17,189 bases of DNA from Candidatus Odinarchaeia archaeon. Its GTDB lineage: Archaea > Asgardarchaeota > Odinarchaeia > Odinarchaeales > Odinarchaeaceae. The translations under genes were made by a program, and so were the position numbers. The stretch spans positions 1 through 17,189 of the forward strand of contig JAHQXC010000023.1 of the NCBI GenBank assembly GCA_029856525.1. Reading direction: 5' to 3'. The notes under the pieces were generated by a model. The model worked only from the letters and a program-made list of their open reading frames with translations. It ran no database searches and had not been told where the DNA came from. Of the stretch, positions 13,765-17,189 are shown in pieces; position 1 is the stretch's first letter; each line of letters begins with the position of its first letter.

Positions 13765-14775
13765 GTGCCTTTGAATCAGATACGGAAAGATTATTTAACC
13801 GATGATAGAGTGCTCATAGCGACTATTAGAAGTAGTAGGCCTAGGGGGGTCCCGGAGGAGCTGGCTGAGAAACCAGGGTTCGAGTGCCCTTTCTGCCCGG
13901 GTAAGGAGAAAAATCTAGCCGCTGCTAAGGTAGTATACTTGAGGGATGAGAGCGGAAAAATATTCACTAAAGTGGAGGAAGAGGATTCTCGTGAAAGCTG
14001 CTGGCTTGTCAAAGTATTAGATAATAAGTTCCCTGTATTCGAGCCTGTTGAGTCAACTCAGCCTGTTGAAGAAAAAGATTTATCTTACACTATCCCCTTC
14101 GGTGTACACGAGCTGGTGGTCGACTCACCTCGCCATGATAATTATTTTCATATTATGAAGTCTGATGAAGTTCAGCTTTTATTTCAAGTCTACAGGGATC
14201 GTTTCAACGAGCTTGCACGTGATGAACGAATCCAATTTATAAGTATATCTAAAAACCACGGTCCTAAATCCGGCGGAACATTACTCCACCCTCACAGCCA
14301 CGTGATTTCCTCGAGTTTTATCCCTAACCGTGTAGTTAAAGAGTTGAATGCTTTAGAAGCTGCTGAAAACTGTTTAATGGAGAGTGTTATAGCCCGGGAG
14401 AGGAATTCGCCGAGATTTATATTAGAGCAACAGTATACTATCGTAATAAGCCCTTATGCGGCTGTATTCCCATATGAGGTTTGGATTATTCCTAAATCAC
14501 ACGCTTCCAACATAACTAAATTAAACGAAGATGAATTCGGTGAGCTGGCTTTAGTTTTAAGAGACGCATGCCGCGCGCTTGATAATCTCCTAGATAAACC
14601 TTCATATAATTTTATTATTAACCAAACAGTTAGAAATGAAAAATACCATATGTATATTCGATTATTCCCTCGGTTTTATTTTGAAACAGGATTCGAGATA
14701 AGCCTAGGCCTTCCAGTAAACGAAGTTGCTCCTGAGAAAGCTGCTGAAGAACTTCGCAGATTCTTCGGCGGATGA
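13765..14775 (+). CDS. galT: GalT-like (galactose-1-phosphate uridylyltransferase fold) HIT-superfamily protein
   Basis: QIRKDYLTD..IATIRSSRP, CPFCPG, NKFP, HELVVD, KNHG..SGGT, HPHSH, PYEVWIIPK and GFE..G..VN. The activity is uncertain because of the HxHxH motif. GTG start. Confidence 0.75.
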   Translation: MPLNQIRKDYLTDDRVLIATIRSSRPRGVPEELAEKPGFECPFCPGKEKNLAAAKVVYLRDESGKIFTKVEEEDSRESCWLVKVLDNKFPVFEPVESTQPVEEKDLSYTIPFGVHELVVDSPRHDNYFHIMKSDEVQLLFQVYRDRFNELARDERIQFISISKNHGPKSGGTLLHPHSHVISSSFIPNRVVKELNALEAAENCLMESVIARERNSPRFILEQQYTIVISPYAAVFPYEVWIIPKSHASNITKLNEDEFGELALVLRDACRALDNLLDKPSYNFIINQTVRNEKYHMYIRLFPRFYFETGFEISLGLPVNEVAPEKAAEELRRFFGG

Positions 14776-14871
14776 GTTTATGGTAGACATATAAATTTAT
14801 AAGTAAGTTGTTATTAATCTCTGAATTGCAAATTCAACTATCGTAATCGTTTTAATGGAGTTGACGATGAT

Positions 14872-17166
14872 ATGTTTCAGCTTACATTAGAATGGGCTCT
14901 TTTATGGTTTATCCTCCTAGTATCCATCAGCGGCCTCGTATACGCGGTTCTACTAATAAAACAGATTCTTAAAAAAGACGAGGGTACCCCTGCAATGGTT
15001 AAGATCGCTAAAGCAATCCGCGGGGGTGCTAACAGCTATCTTAGACGTCAATTCCGCGCTATTTTCCCAATCGTCGCTGTTCTCACAATCGCCTTATTCT
15101 TCACCGCTTATCTTGCTACGACTTCATACTACACAGCTGGAACACCGGAAGCTGTATTTTATGGAGCTGGACGTGCGGGAGCATTCGTTATGGGCTCAGT
15201 TTTCTCAGCTAGCGTAGGATATATAGGCATGAACATGGCTACACGCGGAAACGTCAGAGTCGCAAGCGCGGCTAGGAGAAGTTTCAGTGAAGCTCTACAA
15301 ATCGGTTATAGAACCGGGACGATAACTGGAATGCTTACAGACGGTCTCGGTTTACTAGGCGGCGTGATAGTTTTCATGATCTATCAGCAATACGCTTTCG
15401 AAGTGCTACTCGGCTATGGTTTCGGAGGATCTCTTATAGCATTATTCATGCGGATTGGCGGTGGAATATATACTAAAGCCGCGGATGTAGGAGCGGACAT
15501 GGTTGGAAAAGTTGAGAAAGGGATACCTGAGGACGATCCTAGAAACCCGGCTGTAATAGCAGACCTTGTGGGTGATAACGTAGGTGACTGCGCGGGGATG
15601 GCGGCAGATATATTCGAGTCATATGAAGTCACCATCGTGTCAGCTATGATTCTAGGATACCTTGCATTAGGTTTCGCAGGAGTCATCTTCCCGTTAATAG
15701 TCAGAGCTATAGGGTTAATCTCATCTATAATAGGCACATACTTCGTTAAGGCTAGAGGAGAGATGAAAGACGCTTTAAGATCTATTAAACTAGGTTTTAA
15801 CACTTCGGCAGCTATATCTATAGCAGGATTCTTCATAGCAGGCATCCTGTATGTTGGATTATCAAATCCATCCGGTATACCAGTAGGAGTTGACCCTCTT
15901 ACGCTTTCCATAAGGTTAGCTATAGCTACGTTAACCGGTGTTATACTAGCTATATCAATCAACGAGTTAACTGACAGATTCACATCCATAAAATACTCGG
16001 CTGTTAAAGGCCTCGCTAGATCAACTAATACAGGCGCAGCTACAACAATTCTTAGAGGTTTATCCGTCGGCTACGAGGGTAGCGTATGGAATATAATAGT
16101 TATAGCAACCGCCATACTTGTCTCCGCTGTAATCTTCGTAGGATTACCGCCTGTCTTCATCTTCTACGGTGTAGCTTTATGCGGTATAGGCATGCTCACA
16201 CTTACAGGTAACAATATCTCTATGGACACGTTCGGCCCTGTCTCTGATAACGCTCAAGGCATCGGTGAAATGTCTGGGTTAAAAGAGGGTGAAGCTGCTG
16301 AAATACTAGCGCAACTAGATTCTGTAGGAAACACTACTAAGGCTATTACAAAAGGTATTGCAATAGCATCCGCTGTAATCGCCGCAGTCGCATTATTCTG
16401 GTCTTATGTCGCTGATACCGGTATTGGAATAATAGATGTCGCAAACGTTTACGTGTTTATAGGGCTTCTAATAGGCGGATCAATACCATTCTTATTCAGC
16501 TCCATAGCTGTTCGCGCAGTTGATAGGGCTGCTTCTAAGATAATACTTGAAGTTCGAAGACAATTCCACACGATACCAGGCCTCATGGAGGGTAGAGCTG
16601 AACCTGATTACAACACATCTGTAGCCATATGCGTTTCCGCAGCTCAGAGAGAACTGGTAGGCCTCGGTGTTATAGCTATTCTAACACCTTTAATAGTCGG
16701 ATTCCTGTTAGGTGTGCCAGCGCTTGGAGGATTTTTAGCCGGTGTAATCCTCGTCGGTCAGCTTCTAGCAGTTTTCATGGCTACATCGGGAGCTGCATGG
16801 GATAACTCTAAGAAAGCTATAGAGGCTGGTTTATACGGCGGCAAGCACTCAGAAGCCCATAAAGTCAGCGTTATCGGCGACACTGTAGGTGATCCGTTAA
16901 AGGATACAGCTGGACCTGCAATCAACCCAATGATTAAAGTGATAAACCTGGTTTCATTACTGATCGCACCGCTTATAGCATACGGGTTAGTAGAAGCCGG
17001 GGCGGCGATAGGGGCAGGCGACATCGGCGCTGTGATAGTGGATGCAGTGATAGGCTTCTTGCTAATGGCGGTTGTCGGCGTTGTAATATGGAACAGTAAG
17101 AGAGAATCCAAGGAGATGCTTCAAATCATAGAGGAGATGCAGAAGCAACAGCAGAAAAATAGCTGA
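14872..17166 (+). CDS. hppA: Membrane-bound H+-translocating pyrophosphatase, K+-independent type
   Basis: DVGADMVGKVE, EDDPRNP, DNVGDCAGMAADIFE, GPVSDNAQG and GDTVGDPLKDTAGP, with many transmembrane segments. The signature GNTTKAITKG has Lys at the K+-determinant position. Confidence 0.96.
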   Translation: MFQLTLEWALLWFILLVSISGLVYAVLLIKQILKKDEGTPAMVKIAKAIRGGANSYLRRQFRAIFPIVAVLTIALFFTAYLATTSYYTAGTPEAVFYGAGRAGAFVMGSVFSASVGYIGMNMATRGNVRVASAARRSFSEALQIGYRTGTITGMLTDGLGLLGGVIVFMIYQQYAFEVLLGYGFGGSLIALFMRIGGGIYTKAADVGADMVGKVEKGIPEDDPRNPAVIADLVGDNVGDCAGMAADIFESYEVTIVSAMILGYLALGFAGVIFPLIVRAIGLISSIIGTYFVKARGEMKDALRSIKLGFNTSAAISIAGFFIAGILYVGLSNPSGIPVGVDPLTLSIRLAIATLTGVILAISINELTDRFTSIKYSAVKGLARSTNTGAATTILRGLSVGYEGSVWNIIVIATAILVSAVIFVGLPPVFIFYGVALCGIGMLTLTGNNISMDTFGPVSDNAQGIGEMSGLKEGEAAEILAQLDSVGNTTKAITKGIAIASAVIAAVALFWSYVADTGIGIIDVANVYVFIGLLIGGSIPFLFSSIAVRAVDRAASKIILEVRRQFHTIPGLMEGRAEPDYNTSVAICVSAAQRELVGLGVIAILTPLIVGFLLGVPALGGFLAGVILVGQLLAVFMATSGAAWDNSKKAIEAGLYGGKHSEAHKVSVIGDTVGDPLKDTAGPAINPMIKVINLVSLLIAPLIAYGLVEAGAAIGAGDIGAVIVDAVIGFLLMAVVGVVIWNSKRESKEMLQIIEEMQKQQQKNS

Positions 17167-17169
17167 GTA

Positions 17170-17189
17170 AACCCTTCTCCCTTTTTTTT
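17170..17189 (+). terminator. Pyrimidine/T tract after hppA
   Basis: AACCCTTCTCCCTTTTTTTT follows the hppA stop and has the same style as the tract after trpB2. Confidence 0.6.

Noticed and set aside
12013-17111. ORFs 12013..12489, 13791..14012, 15026..15217, 15414..15989 and 16758..17111
   Set aside because: They are antisense or out-of-frame shadows of the GTPase, the GalT-like gene and hppA, with no independent motifs.
1-17189. CRISPR array, tRNA or rRNA genes
   Set aside because: No regularly spaced repeats, cloverleafs or rRNA signatures were seen.

Overview
Archaeal window (BRE/TATA promoters, GGAGG/GGTG Shine-Dalgarno sites, archaeal-type enzymes). A thermophilic, possibly Asgard-type host is an inference, not a database result. 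Bases 600-11502 form an aromatic amino acid cluster. A stand-alone trpB2 (+) converges on nine minus-strand genes: the archaeal DKFP/aspartate-semialdehyde route (ADH synthase, DHQ synthase II, asd), aroD, aroE, GHMP-type aroK, aroA, a chorismate synthase-chorismate mutase fusion and tyrA. To the right are an MglA/CvnD-like small GTPase fused to a winged helix, a TPR/SNAP-like protein, a GalT-fold protein and a K+-independent H+-pyrophosphatase. The most interesting signals are non-coding or too short for the ORF track. (1) Both outer ends of the cluster carry a small upstream ORF enriched in the end-product amino acid: W-A-W-R-W-L-T-W before trpB2, and a 22-aa W-R-Y-N-F-F-G-E-Y peptide with its own SD before the shikimate genes. 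Each sits in a structured leader, suggesting ribosome-mediated attenuation in an archaeon. (2) A 209-bp protein-less IS200/IS605 mini-element between aroK and aroE appears to keep both ends, a promoter and a TnpB omegaRNA scaffold. (3) Several enzymes carry notable substitutions: GTPase catalytic Gln to Leu, GalT HxHxQ to HxHxH, and chorismate mutase Gln88 to Glu.
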